Position numbers and translations under genes: made by a program. 64,000 bases of DNA. Source: an uncultured Roseateles sp. (GTDB lineage: Bacteria > Pseudomonadota > Gammaproteobacteria > Burkholderiales > Burkholderiaceae_C). Each line of letters opens with the position of its first letter. The first letter of the stretch is position 1. Positions 17,071-28,654 of the stretch are shown one piece after another. The notes under the pieces are model-generated. The model was not told the origin of the DNA and did not search any database. It saw nothing but the letters and a program-made list of their open reading frames with translations. Location of the stretch: assembly GCA_963422335.1 (NCBI GenBank), contig OY729424.1, forward strand, positions 6,473,974-6,537,973, in the 5' to 3' direction.

Positions 17071-17715
17071 TCAGCCGGCCGACGCCCCGCCGGCATCGCC
17101 GATCAGCCCCGACGCCCTCGCCACCTCCACCGCCTGCAGGCGGTGCACCACATTCAGGTGACGGAAGAGCGCCGAGACGTGGCCTTTGACGGTTTTCTCC
17201 TGCATGCCCAGGACGCGGGCGATTTCCTTGTTGGACTTGCCACTGCACAGTTCCTGCAGGACCTCGCGCTGGCGCGGCGTCATGCCGCTGGTGTCGGCCG
17301 GTGCCGGCCCGGCGTCGGCAGCCAGGGCCATGAAGGTCGGCACATAGATCTCGCCGCTGAGCACCAGGCGCACGGCCGCGACCACGGTGGCCGGGCTGGA
17401 TGACTTGGGGCAATAGCCGCGGGCCCCCGCCTTGAGCGCCCGGCGCACATCGTCCGGCTCCTCGGATGAGGACAACACCAGCACCGGCACCCCGCCGTGG
17501 TGCTGCCGGACCTGCTCCAGCACCGCAAATCCAGCCATGCCGGCCATGCGCAGGTCCAGCACGATCAGCGCCACGTCCGGGTGCTGGGCCAGGCTGGACA
17601 GGGCCTCGACGCCATCGCCCGCCTGCAACACCATCAGCCCCTCGCCCATGCATTGCAGGGTGCTGGCCACACCGGCACGCACCAAGGGATGATCGTCGAC
17701 GACCAGCAGCTTCAT
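17071..17715 (-). CDS. NarL/FixJ (LuxR) family response regulator
   Basis: MKLLVVDDHPLVRAGV...LIVLDLRMAGM is the REC domain. The C-terminal HTH reads TPRQREVLQELCSGKSNKEIARVLGMQEKTVKGHVSALF. The track start at 17724 is GTG; the ATG is at 17715. Confidence 0.85.
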   Translation of the reverse strand: MKLLVVDDHPLVRAGVASTLQCMGEGLMVLQAGDGVEALSSLAQHPDVALIVLDLRMAGMAGFAVLEQVRQHHGGVPVLVLSSSEEPDDVRRALKAGARGYCPKSSSPATVVAAVRLVLSGEIYVPTFMALAADAGPAPADTSGMTPRQREVLQELCSGKSNKEIARVLGMQEKTVKGHVSALFRHLNVVHRLQAVEVARASGLIGDAGGASAG

Positions 17716-17772
17716 GGCGCGCACTCTATCAGCAGGACGCGAAGACCGGGTGCTGCCAAGGGGGAGGTGCCA

Positions 17773-18138
17773 TCAGAGGCAGCGGATGAGCTTGATGCGC
17801 GCATCCTTGCGCAGGGTGAACAGCTGGGGCGAGGCAGCGCCCTCGACCAGGATGGACAGCTTCATCACGCCGCCGCTGACTTCTCCCGCATAGCGGGCCT
17901 TGGCATGCACCGGCGGCTCGTCGGCGCGCTGCGGTCCCGGCTGCTGCGGGTCGAACTCGCCGACGGCGGTGAAGGTGCCGGCCGCGCTCAAGGTCAGCGG
18001 GCCGGCGAAGCTGCCGCTGGCGCAATCCGCCTGCAGGCGGCCGCCCGCGGCATCGATCACCAGTTGCAGCCGGTCGCCGGCCCATTGGCCCTCGAGCGGG
18101 GCCGTGGCGCCGGCCGCCGATGCCAGTTCAACAACCAT
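17773..18138 (-). CDS. Small hypothetical protein (121 aa), no recognisable domain
   Basis: Track ORF 17773..18252. The ATG at 18138 has a strong GGAGGA Shine-Dalgarno 6 nt upstream. It sits on the same strand directly downstream of the PEP-CTERM gene. I see no signal peptide and recognise no motifs. Confidence 0.5.
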   Translation of the reverse strand: MVVELASAAGATAPLEGQWAGDRLQLVIDAAGGRLQADCASGSFAGPLTLSAAGTFTAVGEFDPQQPGPQRADEPPVHAKARYAGEVSGGVMKLSILVEGAASPQLFTLRKDARIKLIRCL

Positions 18139-18226
18139 CGCGAATCCTCCAGGCAACAACGACCGCGTGACGATCTTCCACGCGGCCATGCAAACCCGCC
18201 TGCTCGCGTCGATGGCTGCCTGCCGC

Positions 18227-19933
18227 TCAGCCGGCGGAACCGTCGGCCGCAAGGCGACGGCGGCGGGCCATCAGACCCAGGAAGCCCAGGCCGAAGAACA
18301 TCATGCCGTAGGTCGAAGGCTCGGGCACGGCCACCACGCTGGCGTCGATGACGGCAATCCAGGTGCCCCAGCGCGATCCGCCGGTGCCGCCCGGGTGACC
18401 GCCCGCCGCATTGTTGTACTCGCGGGCAAACTCGCCGACCAGATAGAACTGATGCGGGTCGTCGGGGTCGACCGAGACCTGGCTGTAATCGCCCCAGCGC
18501 TGACGACCGGCGGCGGGCTGACCGAACAGGGCGCCATTGTGATAATCGTCCACCAGGCTTTCCTTGAGCAGCAGCTCGCCGCTGCGTGCGATCAGCTCGC
18601 CATTGACGCCGGTGGCAAAGGACTGCCCCATGAAGCTGATCTTGCCGGTGGCGGCATCAAGGCCCGAACGGTTGTAGCCGATCACCACCTCGCCAAAGCT
18701 GTTGACTGCAATCGAGCCCTGGTAGTAGTCGTGGCCGGCCTGGCCGATATTGCCTTGCGACAGAATGGTCAGCGTGGTCGCGTCCAGCACGGTGTAGCGG
18801 ACGCGGGTTTCATCGAGGCCGTCGCCGTCCGGGTCCACCGTGTTGACCATGTAGATGCGGCCATTGGCCTCATACACGCTGCTGCTGACGCGCTCGTCCA
18901 GTGCATCGACGATGCGCCGGTTCGCTGGAATGGCCGCCGCGGGCTGGCGCGCGAAGCCCGGGCTGGCAAACGCCGCCTGGCCGAGGTAGCTCGCCGCCGC
19001 GGCGCTGGCACCGGTGGCCGACGACGACGTCAGGCCATTCACCCGATAGCCCAGGCTGTCGTAGTTGAACAGCGAAACGCCAATCACCGTGCCCGAGGAG
19101 CCGGCGCTGCTGCTGTTCACGCCCTGCGGCGCAAAGCCGCGGTCCTGATCGCCGGCCGCGCCGGTGTACGGCGTGACGATCTGGGCCATATTGGTGGTGG
19201 TGGGCGCCACCGCATTGAACAGGCTGTTCAGCGGAATGACGTTCATCGTCGTGCCGCGGAAGCTGTTGGTGCCGCCGTTGGTTTTGGGCGCAAAATTGTT
19301 GGTGCCGATGTAGACCGCATTGCTGTCCAGCGCCAGCGTCGGATAGTCGGCCGTGGAGCCAAAACCAAAGCCGGCATAGCCCTCGAACTTGGTCGACTTC
19401 CAGCCGCCCAGGGCGTCGGAGGTGTCCGAAACCGCGATCTGCAGGTCCTTGGTATTGGCGCCAAAGGCCACCGCCACCCAGCGATTGGCCGCGGCGTTGT
19501 ACATCACCCGGGTATCGCCGTTGGTGCCGGTCTGGCCGGCGGTGGCCCAGAAAGCCACATCCGAGACCAGCGAGGTGCGGGTGCCGGTCAGCTTGTCGAA
19601 CACGGCATAGGAGCCGTTGGTCGTTTCCATGTACTGGGTCTTGCCCACCGCGCCTATCGTGTCCGGCGGGATGAAGTTGCGGCCGAAGCTGGCGCCGTCG
19701 TACTGGCTGATGCCCTCGAAGCCACGCACATAGGGGCTGGCCAGATTGAAGACCGGCGCGGACATGCCATTGGTGTCCAGGGACAGGTCACCCGCGATGG
19801 TGATCATCTTCGGCTTCTTGAACTCGAAATACGGCTTGATCGTCTGCGCCTGCGCTTGCGACGCCATCAGCGCCAGCACGGCCGCCGCCACGACGGCCAG
19901 GCCGCCCGCGGACCGGGTGTGAATGTGATTCAT
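18227..19933 (-). CDS. PEP-CTERM-anchored secreted protein of unknown function
   Basis: Track ORF 18227..20299. I use the internal ATG 19933 (MNHIHTRSAGGLAVVAAAVLALMASQAQA, a signal peptide) with a GAGGGG Shine-Dalgarno. The C-terminus VPEPSTYGMMFFGLGFLGLMARRRR is a PEP-CTERM signal. Confidence 0.8.
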   Translation of the reverse strand: MNHIHTRSAGGLAVVAAAVLALMASQAQAQTIKPYFEFKKPKMITIAGDLSLDTNGMSAPVFNLASPYVRGFEGISQYDGASFGRNFIPPDTIGAVGKTQYMETTNGSYAVFDKLTGTRTSLVSDVAFWATAGQTGTNGDTRVMYNAAANRWVAVAFGANTKDLQIAVSDTSDALGGWKSTKFEGYAGFGFGSTADYPTLALDSNAVYIGTNNFAPKTNGGTNSFRGTTMNVIPLNSLFNAVAPTTTNMAQIVTPYTGAAGDQDRGFAPQGVNSSSAGSSGTVIGVSLFNYDSLGYRVNGLTSSSATGASAAAASYLGQAAFASPGFARQPAAAIPANRRIVDALDERVSSSVYEANGRIYMVNTVDPDGDGLDETRVRYTVLDATTLTILSQGNIGQAGHDYYQGSIAVNSFGEVVIGYNRSGLDAATGKISFMGQSFATGVNGELIARSGELLLKESLVDDYHNGALFGQPAAGRQRWGDYSQVSVDPDDPHQFYLVGEFAREYNNAAGGHPGGTGGSRWGTWIAVIDASVVAVPEPSTYGMMFFGLGFLGLMARRRRLAADGSAG

Positions 19934-20273
19934 GACTGGAAACCCCTCGATGCTTGATAAGGACCATTCGTCGAACCTGCATTCGCCACCGCCCGAGCCC
20001 AAGCGGGCGGGGCACGGCCATGACGTTCGCTGCGGCTTGCCGCGGAGCGTCGATGACAAACAAACGATGTTTGCTGGAATATGTCTGTTTGTGAACAAAT
20101 CCACGTTAATGCAAATTGCGTCAAGCACTGACCCCCAATTCAGGGGGTGAATAGGGTTGGAGAGCCTGGGAGTTTCCCTGTTGCAAAACAAGCGGAACAG
20201 GAGACTTGACTTCGTTCGCACACCACCCCGGGGTCTGACGCTCGCACCGCCACACCACCAACACAGGTCGCAA

Positions 20274-20309
20274 TTGACGTTTACGTTAACGTCAACCAAG
20301 CACTAGAAT
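20274..20309 (+). promoter_or_regulatory. Palindromic operator overlapping a long-spacer promoter upstream of icmF
   Basis: The 22-bp palindrome TTGACGTTTACGTTAACGTCAA (20274-20295) pairs at 10 of 11 positions and has three ACGT cores. A -35-like TTTACG (20280-85), an 18-nt spacer and a -10 TAGAAT (20304-09) lie 55 nt before the icmF ATG. Confidence 0.5.
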
Positions 20310-20364
20310 CGCGGCAGCATTGCTGCTAGAACCGGGGCAGATACGCCCAAGCTGGAGACAAGCC

Positions 20365-23300
20365 ATGACCGATCTGTCCGCCGAATTCAAGGCGCTGGCG
20401 AACTACCGCCCCACCCACAAGGTGCGTTTCGTCACCGCCGCCAGCCTGTTCGACGGGCATGACGCCGCGATCAACATCATGCGGCGCATCCTCCAGGGCA
20501 TGGGTGCCGAGGTCATCCACCTGGGCCACAACCGCTCGGTCGACGAGGTGGTGACGGCCGCGCTGCAGGAAGACGCCCAGGGCATCGCCATCAGCTCCTA
20601 CCAGGGCGGCCATGTCGAGTACTTCAAATACATGGTGGACCTGCTGAAGAGCCGCGGCGGCGAGCACATCCAGGTCTTTGGCGGCGGCGGCGGCGTGATC
20701 GTGCCCAGCGAGATCAAGGAGCTGCAAAGCTATGGCGTGACCCGCATCTACAGCCCCGAGGACGGCCAGCGCATGGGCCTGGCCGGCATGATTGGCGAGA
20801 TGGTGATGCGCTCGGACCTGGACCTGAGCGGCTATGCGCCGAAGAGCATCGAGGCCATTCAGGGTCACAGCGAGGCCAACTGGCGCTCGCTGGCCCAGCT
20901 GATCACCGTGCTGGAAAACGGCAAGGCCTCGGACGAGATGAAGACTGCCCTGCATGCCGGCGCCAAAGACATCAAGGTGCCGGTGCTGGGCATCACCGGC
21001 ACCGGCGGCGCCGGCAAGTCCAGCCTCACCGACGAGCTGATACGCCGCCTGCGCCTGGACCAGGACGACGCGCTGCGCGTGGCCGTGATCTCGATCGACC
21101 CGTCGCGACGCAAGAGCGGCGGCGCGCTGCTGGGCGACCGCATCCGCATGAATGCGATCAACCCCTGGAGCAAGGGCCAACGCGTCTTCATGCGTTCGCT
21201 CGCGACACGAGACTTCGGCAGCGAGATCAGCCCGGCCCTGCCCGAGGTGATTGCCGCGGCCAAGCTGGCCGGCTTCGATCTGGTGATCGTCGAGACCTCG
21301 GGCATAGGCCAGGGCGACGCGGCCATCGTGCCGCACGTCGATGTGCCGATGTATGTGATGACGCCCGAGTTCGGCGCCGCCAGCCAGCTCGAGAAGATAG
21401 ACATGCTGGACTTCGCCGAGTTCGTGGCCATCAACAAGTTCGACCGCAAGGGCGCGCAGGACGCGCTGCGCGACGTGGCCAAGCAGGTGCAGCGCAACAA
21501 GGAGGCCTGGACCACCCGGCCGGACCAGATGCCGGTCTTCGGCACCATGGCCAGCCGCTTCAATGACGATGGCGTGACGGCGCTGTACCAGGCGCTGAAG
21601 CCCCGCCTGGCCGAGCTGGGCCTGCAACTGGCCGAGGGCCTGGGCCGCCTGCCACTGGTGGACACCCGCCACAGCACCCACCAGGTGCCCATCGTGCCCG
21701 GTGCCCGTGTGCGCTATCTGGCCGACATCTCCGACACCGTGCGCGGCTACAAGAAGCGCGCCGTGGCCCAGGCAAGGCTGGCCCGCGAGATCCAGCAGCT
21801 GCGCGAAACCGGCCGCATGCTGAGGCAGGACAACCCCGACAAGACCAATGCGGTGACCGCCGTGCTGGACCTGGCCCAGGCCCGCGACAGCCAGCTCGAC
21901 GCCGGCGCCCGCAAGCTACTGGCGATGTGGCCGGAGATGCAAAAGGCCTATGCCGGCGACGAATACGTGGTGAAGATACGCGACAAGGAAATCCGCACCG
22001 CGCTGACCACGCAGAGCTTGAGCGGCACCAAGATCCGCAAGGTCGCCCTGCCCGGCTATGAAGACCATGGCGAGATCCTGAAGTGGCTGCTGCTGGACAA
22101 CGTGCCCGGCAGCTTCCCCTACACCGCCGGCACCTTTGCCTTCAAGCGCGAGGGCGAGGACCCGACACGCATGTTCGCCGGCGAGGGCGATGCCTTCCGC
22201 ACCAACCGCCGCTTCAAGCTCCTGAGCTCGGGCATGGCGGCCAAGCGCCTGTCCACTGCCTTCGATTCGGTCACGCTGTATGGCAACGACCCGGCCGTGC
22301 GGCCCGACATCTACGGCAAGGTCGGCAACTCCGGCGTATCGATCGCGACGCTGGACGACATGAAGGTGCTCTACGGAGGCTTCGATCTCTGCCACCCGGC
22401 GACCAGCGTCAGCATGACCATCAACGGCCCGGCGCCGTCGATTCTGGCCATGTTCATGAACACGGCCATCGACCAGCAGATGGACAAGTTCCGCACCGAC
22501 AACGGCCGCGAACCGACCGACGACGAGGCGCAGAAGATCAAGGCCTGGGTCAAGGAGAATGTGCGCGGCACCGTGCAGGCCGACATCCTGAAGGAAGACC
22601 AGGGCCAGAACACCTGCATCTTCTCGACCGAGTTCTCGCTGAAGGTGATGGGCGACATCGCCGAGTACTTCGTGCACAACAAGGTGCGCAATTTCTACTC
22701 GGTCAGCATCAGCGGTTATCACATCGCCGAGGCCGGTGCCAACCCGGTCAGCCAGCTGGCCTTCACGCTCAGCAATGGCTTCACCTTCGTCGAAGCGTAC
22801 CTGGCGCGCGGCATGCACATCGACGACTTCGCGCCTAACCTGAGCTTCTTCTTCAGCAATGGCATGGACCCCGAGTACACGGTGCTCGGGCGCGTGGCCC
22901 GCCGCATCTGGGCCGTCGCCATGCGCGACCGTTACGGCGCGAATGAGCGCAGCCAGAAGCTGAAGTACCACGTGCAGACCTCGGGCCGCAGCCTGCATGC
23001 GCAGGAGATCCAGTTCAACGACATCCGCACCACGCTGCAGGCGCTGATCGCGATCTACGACAACTGCAACAGCCTGCACACCAATGCCTTCGACGAGGCC
23101 ATCACCACGCCGACCGAGGACAGCGTGCGCCGCGCGATGGCCATACAGCTGATCATCAACCGCGAGTGGGGCCTGGCGAAAAACGAGAACCCCAACCAGG
23201 GCGCCTTCATCATCGAGGAGCTGACCGAGCTGGTCGAGGAAGCGGTGCTGCAGGAGTTCGAAAAGATCGCCGAGCGCGGCGGCGTGCTGGGCGCGATGGA

Positions 23301-23664
23301 GACCGGCTACCAGCGCAGCAAGATCCAGGAAGAGAGCATGCACTACGAGATGCTCAAGCACACCGGCGAGTACCCCATCATCGGCGTCAACACCTTCCGC
23401 AACCCGCACGGCGACCTGACCCCCGACACGCTCGAACTGGCCCGCTCAACCGATGAGGAAAAGCAGAACCAGCTCAAGCGCCTGGATGAGTTCCACGCCA
23501 TCCACGCCGCCGAGGCCCCCGCGATGCTGAACAAGCTGCAGCAGGCGGTGATCAACAACGGCAATGTCTTCGAGGTGCTGATGGAGGCCGTGCGCGTGTG
23601 CTCTCTCGGTCAGATCACCAGCGCGCTGTTCGAGGTGGGGGGGCAGTACCGGCGCAGCATGTGA
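20365..23664 (+). CDS. icmF: Fused isobutyryl-CoA mutase (B12-binding domain + MeaB-like G-protein + mutase catalytic domain)
   Basis: Track ORF 20320..23664; ATG 20365 with a GGAGA Shine-Dalgarno ([39 protein letters not shown]...). P-loop: [12 protein letters not shown]. The C-terminal portion is a methylmalonyl-CoA-mutase-like catalytic domain. About 1099 aa, typical of IcmF. Confidence 0.9.
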   Translation: MTDLSAEFKALANYRPTHKVRFVTAASLFDGHDAAINIMRRILQGMGAEVIHLGHNRSVDEVVTAALQEDAQGIAISSYQGGHVEYFKYMVDLLKSRGGEHIQVFGGGGGVIVPSEIKELQSYGVTRIYSPEDGQRMGLAGMIGEMVMRSDLDLSGYAPKSIEAIQGHSEANWRSLAQLITVLENGKASDEMKTALHAGAKDIKVPVLGITGTGGAGKSSLTDELIRRLRLDQDDALRVAVISIDPSRRKSGGALLGDRIRMNAINPWSKGQRVFMRSLATRDFGSEISPALPEVIAAAKLAGFDLVIVETSGIGQGDAAIVPHVDVPMYVMTPEFGAASQLEKIDMLDFAEFVAINKFDRKGAQDALRDVAKQVQRNKEAWTTRPDQMPVFGTMASRFNDDGVTALYQALKPRLAELGLQLAEGLGRLPLVDTRHSTHQVPIVPGARVRYLADISDTVRGYKKRAVAQARLAREIQQLRETGRMLRQDNPDKTNAVTAVLDLAQARDSQLDAGARKLLAMWPEMQKAYAGDEYVVKIRDKEIRTALTTQSLSGTKIRKVALPGYEDHGEILKWLLLDNVPGSFPYTAGTFAFKREGEDPTRMFAGEGDAFRTNRRFKLLSSGMAAKRLSTAFDSVTLYGNDPAVRPDIYGKVGNSGVSIATLDDMKVLYGGFDLCHPATSVSMTINGPAPSILAMFMNTAIDQQMDKFRTDNGREPTDDEAQKIKAWVKENVRGTVQADILKEDQGQNTCIFSTEFSLKVMGDIAEYFVHNKVRNFYSVSISGYHIAEAGANPVSQLAFTLSNGFTFVEAYLARGMHIDDFAPNLSFFFSNGMDPEYTVLGRVARRIWAVAMRDRYGANERSQKLKYHVQTSGRSLHAQEIQFNDIRTTLQALIAIYDNCNSLHTNAFDEAITTPTEDSVRRAMAIQLIINREWGLAKNENPNQGAFIIEELTELVEEAVLQEFEKIAERGGVLGAMETGYQRSKIQEESMHYEMLKHTGEYPIIGVNTFRNPHGDLTPDTLELARSTDEEKQNQLKRLDEFHAIHAAEAPAMLNKLQQAVINNGNVFEVLMEAVRVCSLGQITSALFEVGGQYRRSM

Positions 23665-23759
23665 GTCCCTGCTTGGCATGGGTGGTTGGCTGACAACAGT
23701 TGGCCGGCGGCGCCAAGTTGTCTAGGCTCCAGGCCTACACAACTTCAGCAGAGCTCCCC

Positions 23760-24074
23760 ATGCCCTGGACCTACCTCACCCTTGCCGGCCTGTTCGAGAT
23801 CGGCTGGGCCATCGGCCTCAAGTACACCGAGGGCTTCACCCGCCCGCTGCCGACCGCGCTGACGATAGGTGCGATGCTGGCCAGCATAGGCCTGCTGGGC
23901 CTGGCGATGAAGACGCTGCCTGTCGGCACGGCCTATGCGGTGTGGACGGGCATAGGCACCGTCGGCACGGTAATACTGGGCGTGATACTGCTGGGCGATC
24001 CGCTGAGCGCGCCGCGCATCGTCTGCCTGAGCCTGATCGTGCTGGGCATTGCCGGGCTGAAGTGGCTGGCCTGA
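23760..24074 (+). CDS. sugE: SMR-family small multidrug/guanidinium exporter (SugE/Gdx-like)
   Basis: Internal ATG 23760: [26 protein letters not shown]... 104 aa, four TM helices, with the conserved Glu in TM1. Confidence 0.85.
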   Translation: MPWTYLTLAGLFEIGWAIGLKYTEGFTRPLPTALTIGAMLASIGLLGLAMKTLPVGTAYAVWTGIGTVGTVILGVILLGDPLSAPRIVCLSLIVLGIAGLKWLA

Positions 24075-24081
24075 ACAACCG

Positions 24082-27657
<3,576 letters not shown>

Positions 27658-27667
27658 GGCAGGGAAC

Positions 27668-28606
27668 CTAGTTCGCCGAGGCCGCGTGCCCGCCGCCCGG
27701 GCCGCCGCGGCGGCGCACCAGGGGCTTGGTCAGCACGTCTTCCATCAGCTTGCCCCATGGTCCCTGGTCGGGGGCCTGCAGCAGCTCCTGCTCGCGCTTG
27801 GCCACCAGGTCGGCAAAGCCTGGCCCCGTCTTGATGGTGGCGACGCGGTCGACCCCGCGGTTCTGGACCTGCTCGCCATTGCCGAAGTGATCGGCAATGC
27901 GGCCCAGCAGACGGCTGTAGACCTGGGACACGCGCGAGGGGCTGACCTTCAGCGAGGCCGCCAGCTCGGTGGGCGTGAGGCCCACCCCCATGTAGGAGTC
28001 GATGATCAGGCGCTCGCGCTCGGGCAGCTGGGCAAAAAAACTCTCCAGCCGGCGCATCACGATGGCGGTGTCGACGCGGGCCTCGACCTCGTCCTGTGGC
28101 GTGGCCGGATGAAAGCGCTCGGGCGAGATGCCGTCGGAGGCATCGTCGCCATCCTCGGCGCTGCTGCTTCGGGTGCGGCCCTGCTCGTCGGCCTGCTCCA
28201 GCTCGGCGATCTCGTTGATGCTCATGCCGCAGACCTCGCTGAGCTCGGCCAGACCGGCATCGCTGCCATGGGTGGAGCGCCAGCGCTCCTGGGCAATCTG
28301 TATGACCTTGACCTTGCGCCGCTGGGCCCGGCCCAGGTGGTCCATCTGGCGCAACTCGTCGAGCATGGCACCCTTGACGCGCATGCGGGCGTAGCGCACA
28401 AAGGCCTCCTTGGCCTCCTCGGTCTCGCGGTCGCCCTCCCACTCGAAGCCCATCGCGGCCTGGGCCACGGCAATCAGCCCGACCTGGATCAGATCGGCCT
28501 TCTCGACATTGGCCGGCAGGTGGCGCACCAGGGCCGAGGCCTGCTTGCGCACCCAGGATTCATTTCTGGCAATCAGCGCGGACGGCACACCTTGCATCGA
28601 GATCAT
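27668..28606 (-). CDS. FliA/WhiG-family (group 3) RNA polymerase sigma factor with a C-terminal extension of about 70 aa
   Basis: Region 2: [14 protein letters not shown]...[21 protein letters not shown]. Region 4 HTH: [44 protein letters not shown]. 312 aa against about 240 for typical FliA. No flagellar genes lie nearby. Confidence 0.85.
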   Translation of the reverse strand: MISMQGVPSALIARNESWVRKQASALVRHLPANVEKADLIQVGLIAVAQAAMGFEWEGDRETEEAKEAFVRYARMRVKGAMLDELRQMDHLGRAQRRKVKVIQIAQERWRSTHGSDAGLAELSEVCGMSINEIAELEQADEQGRTRSSSAEDGDDASDGISPERFHPATPQDEVEARVDTAIVMRRLESFFAQLPERERLIIDSYMGVGLTPTELAASLKVSPSRVSQVYSRLLGRIADHFGNGEQVQNRGVDRVATIKTGPGFADLVAKREQELLQAPDQGPWGKLMEDVLTKPLVRRRGGPGGGHAASAN

Positions 28607-28654
28607 GGCCCATTCTAGGCCGGTGTAAGACTTGGTAACACCGGGCCCAAACCC

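Noticed and set aside
17900-19957. 685-aa plus-strand ORF opposite the PEP-CTERM gene
   Set aside because: It is a GC-driven shadow frame with no signal or motifs. The minus frame has a signal peptide and a PEP-CTERM tail.
19932-20150. 72-aa plus-strand ORF in the long intergenic region
   Set aside because: It has no Shine-Dalgarno and an odd composition. It spans the AT-rich promoter-like stretch of the divergent PEP-CTERM gene and is probably non-coding.
19934-20364. Cobalamin riboswitch in front of the B12-dependent icmF, or upstream of the 33495..35627 receptor
   Set aside because: I could find no B12-box-like sequence or matching multi-stem architecture. The region instead holds a DNA palindrome and promoter elements.
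20326-21681. 451-aa minus-strand ORF inside icmF
   Set aside because: It is a shadow of a very well supported IcmF reading frame.
23665-23759. Possible guanidine riboswitch upstream of the SugE/Gdx-type exporter
   Set aside because: A short CUAGGCUCC resembles the start of the ykkC motif. However, only about 45 nt remain before the ATG, there are no ACGR loops (mini-ykkC), and there is no guanidine-III-like pseudoknot sequence. I see only an imperfect hairpin (GACAAC..TTGG/CCAA..GTTGTC), more likely an icmF 3' structure.
28607-28654. TAGAAT -10-like hexamer 5 nt upstream of the sigma-factor ATG (possible internal leaderless promoter)
   Set aside because: No acceptable -35 lies at 15-19 nt (best is TGTTAC). 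The tight spacing with flanking genes fits simple co-transcription. I noted this only as a possibility.
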